A stretch of DNA of 64,000 bases from an uncultured Parachlamydiaceae bacterium. GTDB lineage: Bacteria > Chlamydiota > Chlamydiia > Chlamydiales > Parachlamydiaceae. The translations under genes were made by a program, and so were the position numbers. The notes under the pieces are model-generated. The model was not told the origin of the DNA and did not search any database. It worked only from the letters and a program-made list of their open reading frames with translations. The stretch is taken from assembly GCA_963742415.1 (NCBI GenBank), contig CAVULX010000003.1, positions 64,001 to 128,000 on the forward strand. The letters run 5' to 3'. Below are positions 38,306 through 49,300 of this stretch, one piece after another (the stretch's first letter is position 1; every line of letters begins with the position of its first letter).

Positions 38306-39430
38306 TTGGAAGAATTGGAAGCCTTGGCTGCCTTGTGCGCCATGCCCCATCTGGGGCCTGTAAAAATTCGATTGCTCTTAAAGCGCTTTGGCAGTGCTTG
38401 TCAAGCCATTCAGGCTGAACCTCTTGAAATAGCAGAGCTCCCGGGTTTTAATCCTAAGATAATGAGTGGATGGAAAACCGGGTTGCATCAAGAGGCGTGG
38501 CAACGTGATTTGGAGCTTGCCCACAAGCTAGGTGTCCATCTCATCCCCTTTAATAGCCCAGAGTATCCTAAAGGGTTATTGGAACTCCCTGACCACCCTG
38601 TTCTGCTTTACGTCATGGGAAGCCTCACCCCCCAAGATCGGTCGAGCATTGCCATCGTAGGGACAAGACATCCAAGCATCTATGGCCTTGAGATGGCGGA
38701 AAAAATAGGCCATGATTTAGCCGCTCGACAAATGACCGTTGTGAGCGGACTTGCGCGTGGAATCGACACGGCAGCTCACAAAGGAGCCCTCTCTGCCGGA
38801 AGGACCCTAGCAGTCATCGGTTCAGGATTAGCTAATGTGTACCCTCAAGAAAATTGGGAGTTAGCTAAAGCCATTGCAAAAAATGGGGCATTGATTAGTG
38901 AGTTTCCGATGGCGACACCTCCCGACCGCCTCAACTTTCCTCAACGAAATCGGATTGTTAGCGGAATGACCTTGGGGACATTATTAATTGAAGCCCCTTT
39001 GAAAAGCGGAGCCATGATCACGATGGATCGGGGTAAAACTCAAGGACGCCCCTTGTTTGCCTTGCCCGGGAGGGCCGATGGAGAAAATTTCCAGGGAAAT
39101 CATGATCTAATCAAACGGGGGCACGCACAACTCGTTGAAAATGCGCAAGACATTTTAACCCATTATCAAGACTTATTTGCCTTGCCATCAAAGTCTTATG
39201 TAGTGCATAATAATGTTTTTTTAGAAAAAGAGGAAGAGGAATTTCTAAAGATGCTTCCTGTAGAAGAAACTTCTATTGAGGAATTAGAGCAACGCACAAA
39301 ACTTCCTATCAGAAAAATACATGTTTTGTTAATGAGTTTAATTATAAAGCGGATCATCAAAGAATACCCCGGTAAAGTATATAAGAAGATGACACGGGAA
39401 TGTAAGGAGAATCCATGGGCAAATCGTTAA
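38306..39430 (+). CDS. dprA: DNA-processing protein DprA
   Basis: AIVGTR, VSGLARGIDTAAH, FPQRNRIVSG and EAPLKSGA. Start at TTG 38306 is inferred. Confidence 0.95.
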   Translation: MEELEALAALCAMPHLGPVKIRLLLKRFGSACQAIQAEPLEIAELPGFNPKIMSGWKTGLHQEAWQRDLELAHKLGVHLIPFNSPEYPKGLLELPDHPVLLYVMGSLTPQDRSSIAIVGTRHPSIYGLEMAEKIGHDLAARQMTVVSGLARGIDTAAHKGALSAGRTLAVIGSGLANVYPQENWELAKAIAKNGALISEFPMATPPDRLNFPQRNRIVSGMTLGTLLIEAPLKSGAMITMDRGKTQGRPLFALPGRADGENFQGNHDLIKRGHAQLVENAQDILTHYQDLFALPSKSYVVHNNVFLEKEEEEFLKMLPVEETSIEELEQRTKLPIRKIHVLLMSLIIKRIIKEYPGKVYKKMTRECKENPWANR

Positions 39431-41988
39431 TTATTGTCGAGTCCCCTGCCAAAATCAAGACTCTCAAAAAGTTTTTAGGTCCAAATTTTGTGTTTGAATC
39501 TTCGATGGGGCACATCCGTGATTTGCCAGAAAGGGAATTTGGAATTGATATCGAACATGATTTTGAGCCTAAGTATACATTATTGGCCGACAAAACGGAA
39601 ACCGTTAATCGGCTGAAGAAAGCGGCAAAAGAATGTGACACGGTCTATCTCTCCCCCGACCCCGACCGCGAAGGGGAAGCTATTGCCTGGCACATCTCAC
39701 AAATTCTGCCGAAAACGACAAATATCAAGCGTGTTTCTTTCAATTCGATTACAAAAGATGCTGTCGTCAGAGCCTTAAAAGATCCGAGAGATATCGATCA
39801 AGCTTTGGTCAATGCCCAACAAGCGCGCCGCCTGCTCGATCGGATCGTCGGTTACAAAATTTCTCCAATCCTCAACCGAAGGATCCAACGGGGAAAAGAA
39901 AGAGGGGTCTCTGCAGGACGCGTCCAATCGGTCGCTTTAAAGCTTGTCGTTGACCGGGAAAAAGAGATCGAAGCTTTTAAACCCGTAGAATATTGGAATT
40001 TAGGAGCCATATTAAAAACCGAAGAGGGGGAAAAGGCCTTTCGAGCTAATCTCTATTCTGTAGATGAAAAGAAGGTAGAAAAAGAACCATCCCCGGAAAA
40101 GATGTTTATTTGATCAGCAATAAGGCTGCCGCCGATATCGTGCTCGCCAAAATGAAAGGTCAGCCGTTTAAGGTGGAAAATGTTGAAAGAAAAGAAAAGC
40201 GGCGCAATCCTGTCCCCCCTTTTATCACATCGACCTTGCAGCAAGAAGCCAGCCGCCATTATGGCTTCTCTTCTTCCAAAACCATGAGTATTGCCCAAAG
40301 CCTTTATGAAGGTATCGACTTGGAAAATGAAGGGGCAGAAGGGTTGATCACCTACATGCGTACCGACTCGGTCCGTTTAGCGCCGGAAGCTATCGATGAA
40401 GCTCGAAGCTATATTCGGGATACTTTCGGGGAGATTTACTTGCCGCCCCAGCCCAAGGTTTATACATCCCAAAAAAGCGCCCAAGATGCCCACGAAGCCA
40501 TTCGCCCAACAAACTTGCAACATCCCCCTGAAAAGATTCAATCCTACCTTTCTAAAGAGCAATTTTTACTTTATCAACTGATTTGGAGACGTTTCTTAGC
40601 TTCGCAAATGGTCCCTGCCATCTACGATACGATCAGTGCCGATATTTCAGCTGGCCCCGATGTGCTCCTTCGAGCGACAGGATCAATCATCAAGTTTCCC
40701 GGCTTTTTGGCCGTCTACGAAGAAAAAGTGGATGAAGAAGCGGGGACGATGAAGGAAAAATGCTTCCTCCTTTAGTGAAGGGCAAATGTTAAACCTGATA
40801 GAATTGACATCCGACCAAGCCTTTACGAGACCGCCTCCCCGTTATACCGAAGCCTCTTTAGTGAAAGAGCTTGAAAAATCGGGCATTGGACGCCCTTCCA
40901 CATATGCCGCCATCATGAATAAAATCCAAAGCCGAGACTACACCGTCAAAGAAAGCGGCCGTTTGAAGCCTACGGAGCTGGGGTGTGTCATTGCAGCTCT
41001 TTTGGAAAATAATTTTCATCAAATCATGAATATTGGTTTTACAGCTTCCATGGAAGATGATTTGGAGCTGATCGCCGAAAACAAAAAAGACTGGAAAACG
41101 ATCATCCGGGAATTTTGGAAAGATTTTAGCCCTACGTTGGAAACCGCCGAAAAAGAAGCCTTTGTACCTAAAGTGATGACCGATATCGATTGCCCTATAT
41201 GCGGTTCCAAACTCCAAAAAGTATGGTTTAAATCAAAATATTTTTATGGATGTTCCCGCTATCCTGAATGCACTTATTCCGCCCCCATAGAAGAACTCTC
41301 CTTTAATAAAGAGGACTATGCGGCAGACTTTGATTGGAATCAAAAGTGCCCCGTTTGCGGGAGCGACATGAAGGTGCGCCATGGACAATTCGGCGCTTTT
41401 TTAGGATGTACAAACTATCCTAATTGCAAAGGGATCGTCAATATTCCTAAAAAAGGGGAAGTCGTCATCGCTCCGGAAGATATGCCCGCATGCCCGGCAA
41501 ACCATTGCCCCGGGCAAATGGTCGCGAGAAAATCCCGCTTTGGGAAAACATTTTATTCCTGTTCCACATTTCCTGAATGTGATGTGATTGTGAATAACTT
41601 GGATGATTTGACTGAAAAGTATCCCGATCATCCCCGGACACCTTATGTTAAAAAAGATAAAAAAGGGCGTGGCAAAACTGCTGAAGCTGCAAAAAAAACA
41701 CCCTCTAAAGCTAAAGCAATTAAACAAGAAAAACCAAAGAAGTCCCGCGCCATGCCGCCGGTGTCTTTAAGCCCCGCCTTGGCTGACTTAGTCGGCAGCC
41801 AAGAGATGGCTCGTGGAGAAGTGATAAAAAAAGTATGGGACTATATAAAAGAACATCAGCTTCAAGACCCAAAAAATAAGAGGTTGATCCGCCCCGATCA
41901 AAAGCTTTCCTCTGTATTTGGAAGCTCAGACCCTATTGATATGATGAAAATGACGGCTGTTCTCGCCAAGCAGATGAAAAAAATCTAG
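39415..41988 (+). CDS. topA: DNA topoisomerase I with Zn ribbons and a C-terminal SWIB domain; split by single-base deletions
   Basis: IVESPAK, DPDREGEAI, SAGRVQS, ITYMRTDS, AHEAIRPT, GIGRPSTY and SWIB VWDYIKEHQLQDPKNKR. Confidence 0.95.
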
Positions 41989-41992
41989 CACA

Positions 41993-42083
41993 AATTAGAT
42001 GGACGAAGGGGGCAAAGCGGGCGCAGCGGACATGTGAAAGGGATGTCCGCTGCGCCCGCTTTGCCCCCTTCGTCCATCTAATT
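41993..42083. repeat. 91-bp near-perfect palindrome (GGAC/GTCC type) directly after topA; probable terminator role
   Basis: AATTAGATGGACGAAGGGGGCAAAGCGGGCGCAGCGGACAT is mirrored exactly. Confidence 0.85.
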
Positions 42084-42185
42084 CCCTATTTTAAACGGAA
42101 TAGGAGCATGTTTTTTTTAATTCGCAGAAGATCTATAAAAATTTTTGGATTGAAAAAAAAATAATGATCTTTTAAATAATACCGC

Positions 42186-43118
42186 ATGTTTAAACATGCG
42201 TTAACACATTTTTTGATTAAAAGTTTTATTTGTTTGTTCGTGGTACCCTTGAATGCCTATCCTTCCTGGTGCCAAGCAGAACAAGCATCCAAAACTCAAG
42301 TTAAAACGCAAAATGGATTGCCGCTCTATTACTGGCAGCAGGATAAATTTGTAAATTTTGGAGATTATATATCTCTTAAAGTTGTTGAAAGGATTGTAGG
42401 GGAGCCTGTGCGCATTTACAAGTTCTATCCTTTTGAAGCAGGACGAAAACTCCTCGCTATCGGCTCTCTTTTATATTTTGCTCGCAACCATGATGTTCTT
42501 TGGGGGTGTGGATGCAATGCCAAATATCTAAGCAGGGAGGATTATAAATTTACACAATTAGACATAAGAGCGTTGAGAGGCCCCCTTACGCGCGAATTTT
42601 TAAAAGATAAATTTAATATTGACGCTCCCGAAATTTATGGGGATCCGGCTTTGCTTATACCGTACTTATTTCCTGAGTTTAAAAGAAAAAAAAAGCCAAA
42701 GTATGACTACATTGTAATCCCCCACTACAAAGAACAATCTTTATTTCCCAAACAACAAAATAACCATGCCGTTTATCCAACGGAACCTTGGGCTATAGTC
42801 ATTCAAAAGATTGTAAACAGCGCTTTTGTCATTTCCAGTTCATTGCATGGAATCGTCGTGGCAGAAGCGTACGGGATTCCAGCAAGAATGCTGAGAGTCA
42901 CCGAGGATGAACCTCTTTTCAAGTATCAGGACTATTACTATGGAACTAACCGATATGATTTTCAGTATGCAACATCTGTTGAAGAAGCTCTTCAAATGGG
43001 GGGAGAAAAGCCTTTTGAATGTGATCTCGAAAGATTATACAAAGCTTTTCCCTTTGAATGTTGGCCCCATGCAAAATTTCCAAATATACGATTTCCAAAG
43101 AAAGAAACGGCAGCCTAA
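42186..43118 (+). CDS. Polysaccharide pyruvyl transferase family protein (ExoV-like)
   Basis: NFGD, AIGS, ALRGPLT, GDPALL, IPHY and SSSLHGIVVAEAYGIP. N-terminal signal or anchor. Confidence 0.85.
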   Translation: MFKHALTHFLIKSFICLFVVPLNAYPSWCQAEQASKTQVKTQNGLPLYYWQQDKFVNFGDYISLKVVERIVGEPVRIYKFYPFEAGRKLLAIGSLLYFARNHDVLWGCGCNAKYLSREDYKFTQLDIRALRGPLTREFLKDKFNIDAPEIYGDPALLIPYLFPEFKRKKKPKYDYIVIPHYKEQSLFPKQQNNHAVYPTEPWAIVIQKIVNSAFVISSSLHGIVVAEAYGIPARMLRVTEDEPLFKYQDYYYGTNRYDFQYATSVEEALQMGGEKPFECDLERLYKAFPFECWPHAKFPNIRFPKKETAA

Positions 43119-44172
43119 CGTTATCTTTCTATTTTTCTTTATCTGGATCTTCACTCCAGCACATTTGAAGGGGGTAATAGATCTAAATTCTTTTGAACAA
43201 AATTTCATATTAGAGCAAAAAAAAATTGAAATCCCTCAATATCCCGACGCGTTCAATCCTTCGATCATCCGCTGGCAAGAAAAATTATTATTGTCGTTTA
43301 GAATTCGAGACCCCCACACTAAATCTACAGATGCCATCGGTTTTATTTGGCTTGACGACCATTTTGAGCCTCTGGAGGAACCGTTGAGACTCCAGATTGT
43401 AAATCAGAAGCCCAGAAATAGTTCCTGGCCGCAAGATCCCCGCCTTATTTTGATCAAAGGCAACCCTTATATTGTGTACAGCGACCTTAAGAAAGGGGGA
43501 AAAGAAAGGGAACGGAGAGTTTACATTGCTAAATTGCGATATGACGATCACTCCTTTTCCATCCATGCGCCAGTAGAGATGTCCCATTTCGTTGGGGAAG
43601 GGGCTTGTCTACAGGAAAAAAATTGGGTCCCTTTTGATAATAATGGCAGCTTGCTTTTGGCTTACAGTTTGCATCCTCATCGGATATTCAAACCTATTTT
43701 AGATACAGGAAGGTGTGAAATCCATTCTGAATCTGCCAGTAAAATCAAGTGGGATTGGGGAACTTTAAGAGGGGGTACGCCTGCGTTGAAAGATGGGGAT
43801 GAATATGTCGCTATTTTTCATTCCTCCAAACATCTGACTACAGTGCAATCCAAAGGGGACAAAATGCAACACTATTTTATGGGAGGGTACAGGTTTTTAA
43901 GCCATCCCCCTTTTTCCATTACAAAAATGTCACCCCACCCGATTGTCGGAAGCAAATTCTATGATGGCCCCTCCTATCAGACATGGCAACCTCTCCGTGT
44001 CGTCTATCCTGGAGGCATTCTCATAGATCCTGACTACTTATGGATTGTGTATGGAAAGCAAGATCATGAAATATGGATGGCCAAGTTAGATAAAAAAGCT
44101 TTTTACGATAGCCTTGTACCTGTTGAACCTTTGCAAGCGCAATTCAGTAAACCTCATTTAAATTTAAAATAA
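43069..44172 (+). CDS. Five-bladed beta-propeller glyco-enzyme (GH130/GT91-like), paralog 1
   Basis: AFNPSI, QDPRL, EKNWVPF, LRGGTP, VVYPGG and YGKQD. Start uncertain. Confidence 0.65.
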   Translation: MQNFQIYDFQRKKRQPNVIFLFFFIWIFTPAHLKGVIDLNSFEQNFILEQKKIEIPQYPDAFNPSIIRWQEKLLLSFRIRDPHTKSTDAIGFIWLDDHFEPLEEPLRLQIVNQKPRNSSWPQDPRLILIKGNPYIVYSDLKKGGKERERRVYIAKLRYDDHSFSIHAPVEMSHFVGEGACLQEKNWVPFDNNGSLLLAYSLHPHRIFKPILDTGRCEIHSESASKIKWDWGTLRGGTPALKDGDEYVAIFHSSKHLTTVQSKGDKMQHYFMGGYRFLSHPPFSITKMSPHPIVGSKFYDGPSYQTWQPLRVVYPGGILIDPDYLWIVYGKQDHEIWMAKLDKKAFYDSLVPVEPLQAQFSKPHLNLK

Positions 44173-44185
44173 TTATAGGACATTT

Positions 44186-45319
44186 ATGCAAAATAAAAGC
44201 CAAAATTTGATATTAACCCTCTTGGATACGCTAAGCATCTGTTTTCTGACGTTTTTTATTGCCTATTTTTCAAACTCATATGCTATAGAAGAATTGAAAG
44301 AGACAGCTCAAGATCTTATTATAGAAACCAAGCGGATTAAAATTCCGGGTTATCCTACAGCATTCAACCCCTCTGTTATAAGATGGAAAGGCTCTCTCCT
44401 CTTAAGTTTTCGTGAAATCCCTTATCCTCCGTTGCCTTTTAATTCACGGCTAGGCTTAGTATGGCTGGATGAGGATTTCAACCCGAAAAGCCCTCCCCAG
44501 ATTCTTGAGACGCAATCAAAGTATCCTTTTGTTCCTTCCAGAGTGGACGACGCCCGGCTGGTTATCGTTGGAGACCGCCTCTATTTGGTATATAGTGATA
44601 ACCAAGATACAATCATCAGCAGGGGTGGGTTCAGGCTATATGTTGCGGAAGTATTGCTCACAGAGGGGATTTTTTCTTTGCATAACACGGAACGGCTCTC
44701 CATTTTTGAAGAGGAATCTAAGCAAGTGCGGCAAAAGAATTGGGTCCCTTTTGATTATCAAGGCAACTTACTGCTAGCCTACAGTTTGCAGCCCCATGTT
44801 ATTTTTCATCCTTTATTAATGGAGACAGAGACATGTGAGACAGTTGTTTCTACGATATCGAAATTGGATTGGAATTGGGGGGAACTTCGAGGGGGTACTC
44901 CGGCTATTTTAGAGAATGGCGAGTACCTTTCCTTCTTCCATTCAGGGGTCAACATACAATCGATCTATTCAAATGGGAAGGTTATTTTACATTATTTCAC
45001 GGGGGCTTATACATTTCAAAAAGACCCTCCTTTTGCCATCACCAAAATAAGCCCTCAACCTATCATTGAAAAGGGGTTTTATAGCCCACCCCATTATAAG
45101 CCTTATTGGAAATCAGTCAGGGTGGTATTTCCTTGCGGCATCCTTTGCGAGGAGGAATACATTTGGGTTACCTATGGCCGGCAAGATCATGAATCTTGGG
45201 TGGCCAAGTTCGATAAAAAGAAACTGTTGTCAAGTTTGGTGGATGTCAAATCTATTGAAACCATTTGCCCTTTCGATGAGTCAAGCCTAAATTTTGAAAT
45301 AAAAACAAAGGAATTTTAA
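44186..45319 (+). CDS. Five-bladed beta-propeller glyco-enzyme, paralog 2
   Basis: AFNPSV, DDARL, QKNWVPF, LRGGTP, VVFPCG and YGRQD. Confidence 0.7.
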   Translation: MQNKSQNLILTLLDTLSICFLTFFIAYFSNSYAIEELKETAQDLIIETKRIKIPGYPTAFNPSVIRWKGSLLLSFREIPYPPLPFNSRLGLVWLDEDFNPKSPPQILETQSKYPFVPSRVDDARLVIVGDRLYLVYSDNQDTIISRGGFRLYVAEVLLTEGIFSLHNTERLSIFEEESKQVRQKNWVPFDYQGNLLLAYSLQPHVIFHPLLMETETCETVVSTISKLDWNWGELRGGTPAILENGEYLSFFHSGVNIQSIYSNGKVILHYFTGAYTFQKDPPFAITKISPQPIIEKGFYSPPHYKPYWKSVRVVFPCGILCEEEYIWVTYGRQDHESWVAKFDKKKLLSSLVDVKSIETICPFDESSLNFEIKTKEF

Positions 45320-45320
45320 A

Positions 45321-46376
45321 GTGAACATTCATTCTTGGATAAGATTATATTTTATTTTTTTCTGCTATTTTGCAGAAGCCTCCCTCGACTTAACAGTAAT
45401 GGCCCAAGATTTTGTTCTGGAAACTAAAAAGATTGAAATCCCTGGAGTCCCCTATGCTTTCAATCCTTCCATCATCTCGTGGGATCATAACCGTTTTTTG
45501 ATGAGCTTTAGAGCTATTTCAGAAGAGGATCAAAAAACCTTAAAATTGCCTTGTTCAGGCATTTCACAAATCGGCCTGGTTTGGTTGGACGAGCATCTTT
45601 CACCCATGGGCGACCCTATTTACGTCACAACAGATCCGATGATTTGCCGGACGATTGACGACGTTAGGTTAGTCAAATGCCATAATAATTTGTATCTTGT
45701 GTCCAGCGGAAACTTGGATCCAGAAGGGCGCGATGAAAATTTTAAGATGTTTGTTGCAGAGATTGATGTCGGGGAAAAAGCATTTGCCGTCAAAAGGGTG
45801 GAATGGCTGAATCATTATGAAGGGGAGGAAGAAAAAAGGAGAGAAAAAAATTGGGTCCCTTTTGATTACCGCGGAAATCTTTTATTAGCCTATAGTATTA
45901 ATCCTCACTTTATTCTATATCCTGAGTTATTAGGAACTGAAAGTTGTTTGACTATTTCGAAAACGAATGCCCAGATAGATTGGGAATGGGGAGAACTTCG
46001 TGGAGGTACGCCTGCGCTCCTTTTGGATGAAGGGCGTTATCTAGCCTTTTTCCACTCCACAATAGATATCGCTACTTACCATTCTCAAAACCAAGTGATG
46101 CCTCATTATTTCATAGGCGCTTACACATTTTCCAGCGAACCCCCTTTTGAAATTACCCACATCAGCCCCTCGCCAATAGTAGCGAAAACATTTTATAATG
46201 GCCCCGTCTACGACCCTTATTGGAAACCTGTGAGGGTGGTGTTTCCTTGCGGATTTTATTTTGAAAAAGATTACATTTGGATCGTCTATGGAAGGCAAGA
46301 TCACGAAATATGGATAGCCAAGCTGGATCGGAAATCTCTGCTTGAAAGCCTTGTTCCTGTTATCACATCTTGGTAA
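45321..46376 (+). CDS. Five-bladed beta-propeller glyco-enzyme, paralog 3
   Basis: AFNPSI, DDVRL, EKNWVPF, LRGGTP, VVFPCG and YGRQD. Confidence 0.7.
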   Translation: MNIHSWIRLYFIFFCYFAEASLDLTVMAQDFVLETKKIEIPGVPYAFNPSIISWDHNRFLMSFRAISEEDQKTLKLPCSGISQIGLVWLDEHLSPMGDPIYVTTDPMICRTIDDVRLVKCHNNLYLVSSGNLDPEGRDENFKMFVAEIDVGEKAFAVKRVEWLNHYEGEEEKRREKNWVPFDYRGNLLLAYSINPHFILYPELLGTESCLTISKTNAQIDWEWGELRGGTPALLLDEGRYLAFFHSTIDIATYHSQNQVMPHYFIGAYTFSSEPPFEITHISPSPIVAKTFYNGPVYDPYWKPVRVVFPCGFYFEKDYIWIVYGRQDHEIWIAKLDRKSLLESLVPVITSW

Positions 46377-46396
46377 CCTGAACTTTGGAGATAAGT

Positions 46397-49300
46397 TTAA
46401 ATTTTTTCCTCATAAGGGCGTTCGGGGATAGCTTCAATGAACAAGTCTTCCACAATTGAGCCGGAATAAGTTTGCTTTCCCCTTTGTTTATGAATTTCTT
46501 CGAAAGCATCTTGTATTTTTTCTGCATCGATCTCTTTGAGCCATTTACAAAGGACGCCCTTTTCTGCTATCACATCAACAGTTCCATCCAAGATCTTCAA
46601 CTGCCCAATCAGAAGATTGAAATCATCATTATTTCGCAGGTTTGCTTGGGCGATGGGATAACCTGCTTGGATCGTTCGGCTATGCACATCCCACAGAACA
46701 ACTTTCACCTCTTTTTCTTTCCAATATATGGGATTAGGAGTTAATTTTTTGCGCCACATGACGGAATCACGTACTGAGAGTGGGCCAACGTATAGAATTT
46801 TGATCCCCTCTTCTGTTTCCATAAAGTGGACGAGAACTTCGTGCAAGCCAAACTGATGCTTGCTCCCGATCTCTGATGCTGTTTCAAGCAAGGAATACTT
46901 TTTTCGTACAACAAAGTTGTTGGAAAGCCATAGCCGCTGATCGAAGTAGGGAGCTATGACCTGCAGGGTTTGTGATCCTGCAGATTCAAGTAAAGAACGC
47001 ACTGTATAAAAGGGGCAGGTCTTTTGTTTTTTCATGCCCAGGAATGGCAATGTCCAACTCGACAGGATGACATTTTCTACTTCTGGCGTACTAAATATAA
47101 GCCAATTTACAGAGGTCTCGTCTTCTATTTTAGGCCAATCAATTTCTTGATAATGAAAACGGGAGCGGGATTGGCACTGTTGAGACTCTTGTTGGTTTTG
47201 CAGCTCTTGCTGACTTTCGTTTTGGCTTTCTTCTTGCCTTTCATGCTCTTTTGTCTGCTCCACGTTAGTTTCAATGGTTTGTGTGATTTCAAGCACATCC
47301 AGAGGGGCTATTTCTAGCTTTCCCTCTTTACTTTGTTTCGACGCCACCACTTGCTCAGTCAACACCGGATAAGCAAGTTCTTTAAGATTTTTCTTAACTT
47401 GTTTTTTTTCTCTTTCTTTGAAAGATCGACTGTTGTTGATAAGCGCAAGCGCTTGTTTTTTTGTTGCTTTCAAGACTTTCTTAGGATCAACCGTTACCCT
47501 CAATAAACCAAAAATTTTAGAGGGATCATCCTCATTATTTGTGATAAAGATATCCTTAAATTCTTTCCATACATTGCTCCACTTGCTGAATTGCTCTGAG
47601 GGCGTCATCATGATTTTATGATAAATGGCTTTTTTAGAAGTTGTGAAAATCTTTTTTCCTGTCGCAGGGTAATTTTCCTCTTCCCCTATTGCGGCTTCAT
47701 TGCGAACGGCGTAATTCAATATTTCATGAAGTGTAGGTGTACGGAGGTTTTTATCATCCGGATCATACCCTAAAATCATCCGCTGAACATCTTTTGTAAG
47801 GCAAAGATGGATGTTTTGAACGGGCATCTTTAATATCAAATCTTCGATCTGCTTCAACTTTTGTTGTTTTTTTAAATCTCGGATGCGGAAAAGTTCTTGC
47901 ACCAACCGGAACAAGGGATGATCGGGTCCGACCGTTTCCAAGCCATCTCCCGATTGTTTAATATCAGAGCCAAAGCCGTGCCGTTGATCGTAATAAGTGA
48001 GGCATTTCTTAGGTTCTTTCTCCAATGTAGCAGCAAGCCGAGGTTCAGTTTCGTTCTTTACGAAACAGTAAAGCTGCTCATCATCTTTGTAAAATTTAAT
48101 ACCCTCGATATCAGGCCTATATCGGTTGCAATGATCCATCATTGCTTTAGCCACCTCTTCGTTTTGTTTCCCTGTGAAAAGAGCACCCCCGTCAATGATG
48201 GCGGAGAATTTTGATCCAGCTTTGAAATAAGTCTTCAAAATCTCTTTCAAAATCAGCGTAGGTTCATTTGATTTGAGAATATGAATTCTATCTTGAGAAC
48301 ATTTTTGATGAATAATATGAAGCAATTCTCCCATTGTAGTCGGATCCAGAATCATTTTTATTCCGTCGGGATAAGTTCCGTCGTTATAAGGGGTCCCTGT
48401 ACAGGAGATCTGATGGAACATCATGGCAAAATCATGAGATGTCACTTGGATGCTTTGGGTCCAATAGCGAATTTCATTTTTGATACAATGCCTTACATAC
48501 AGAAGGCATGCATCGAGATTTTTTCTCAAAGCATCAAAGGTTGAAAAGTAAAACGGATTGCTCGATCGTGGGGTTGTAGAAAAAAGTAAAGATTCAACGA
48601 GATCATCTTTAAATTTTCTGTAAATAAACGTCTGATCATAGAGAATTTTCTTAGCCTCCATCTCTTTTCGTGCGCTTTTTGCCATGGCTGCTAAAAATTT
48701 CTCGAATTGGTCTTCATTGAGTCCGTTAGCAAAAAGCATCAGCATAGTCTTCATTAATGTTTCATAAGGACTTTGGATGGAATTTTGTTCAACAACGTGG
48801 CTGTTTCCATCACTGGGACGAGCAAATTCCCCATTTCCTTTTTGGGAAGCCATATAATGGACGCTTGCAATGTTTTTAAAGTTCATGGGAAACAATACGT
48901 TTAGCATCCCTTTCACAATTGAAATCTGTTGATATAAGAGAAGATCGCTTGTTATCCACAAGGGAATCTCTTCCGATAGGTCACAGACAAATTCGATAAA
49001 TTCAGCCCGCGCCTGTTTATTTTTTTTAATTTTAAAACGGAGGTCCTTGCTCAGGATTTCAGCAATACGGGGTTTGATGACTTTCTCATACCGCTCTTTA
49101 TCGATTGTATAGAGCTTGTTGTTTTGCATGGGCCCGCATAATTCTGGATCCCTTATCATCACACGAGCAACAGCCTCCATGATGATATAAAAATCATTGT
49201 CGATAGTTTTTGAAGATCCGATCGTAAAATTCAATTGATGGCGAAAACGGTAGATCTCATGAGCTTCATCAATGACAGCGATCCCTTTGGTATACATCAA

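Noticed and set aside
39415-41988. Programmed frameshifting or a true topA pseudogene
   Set aside because: Three separate single-base losses in short runs are better explained by consensus error in an essential gene.
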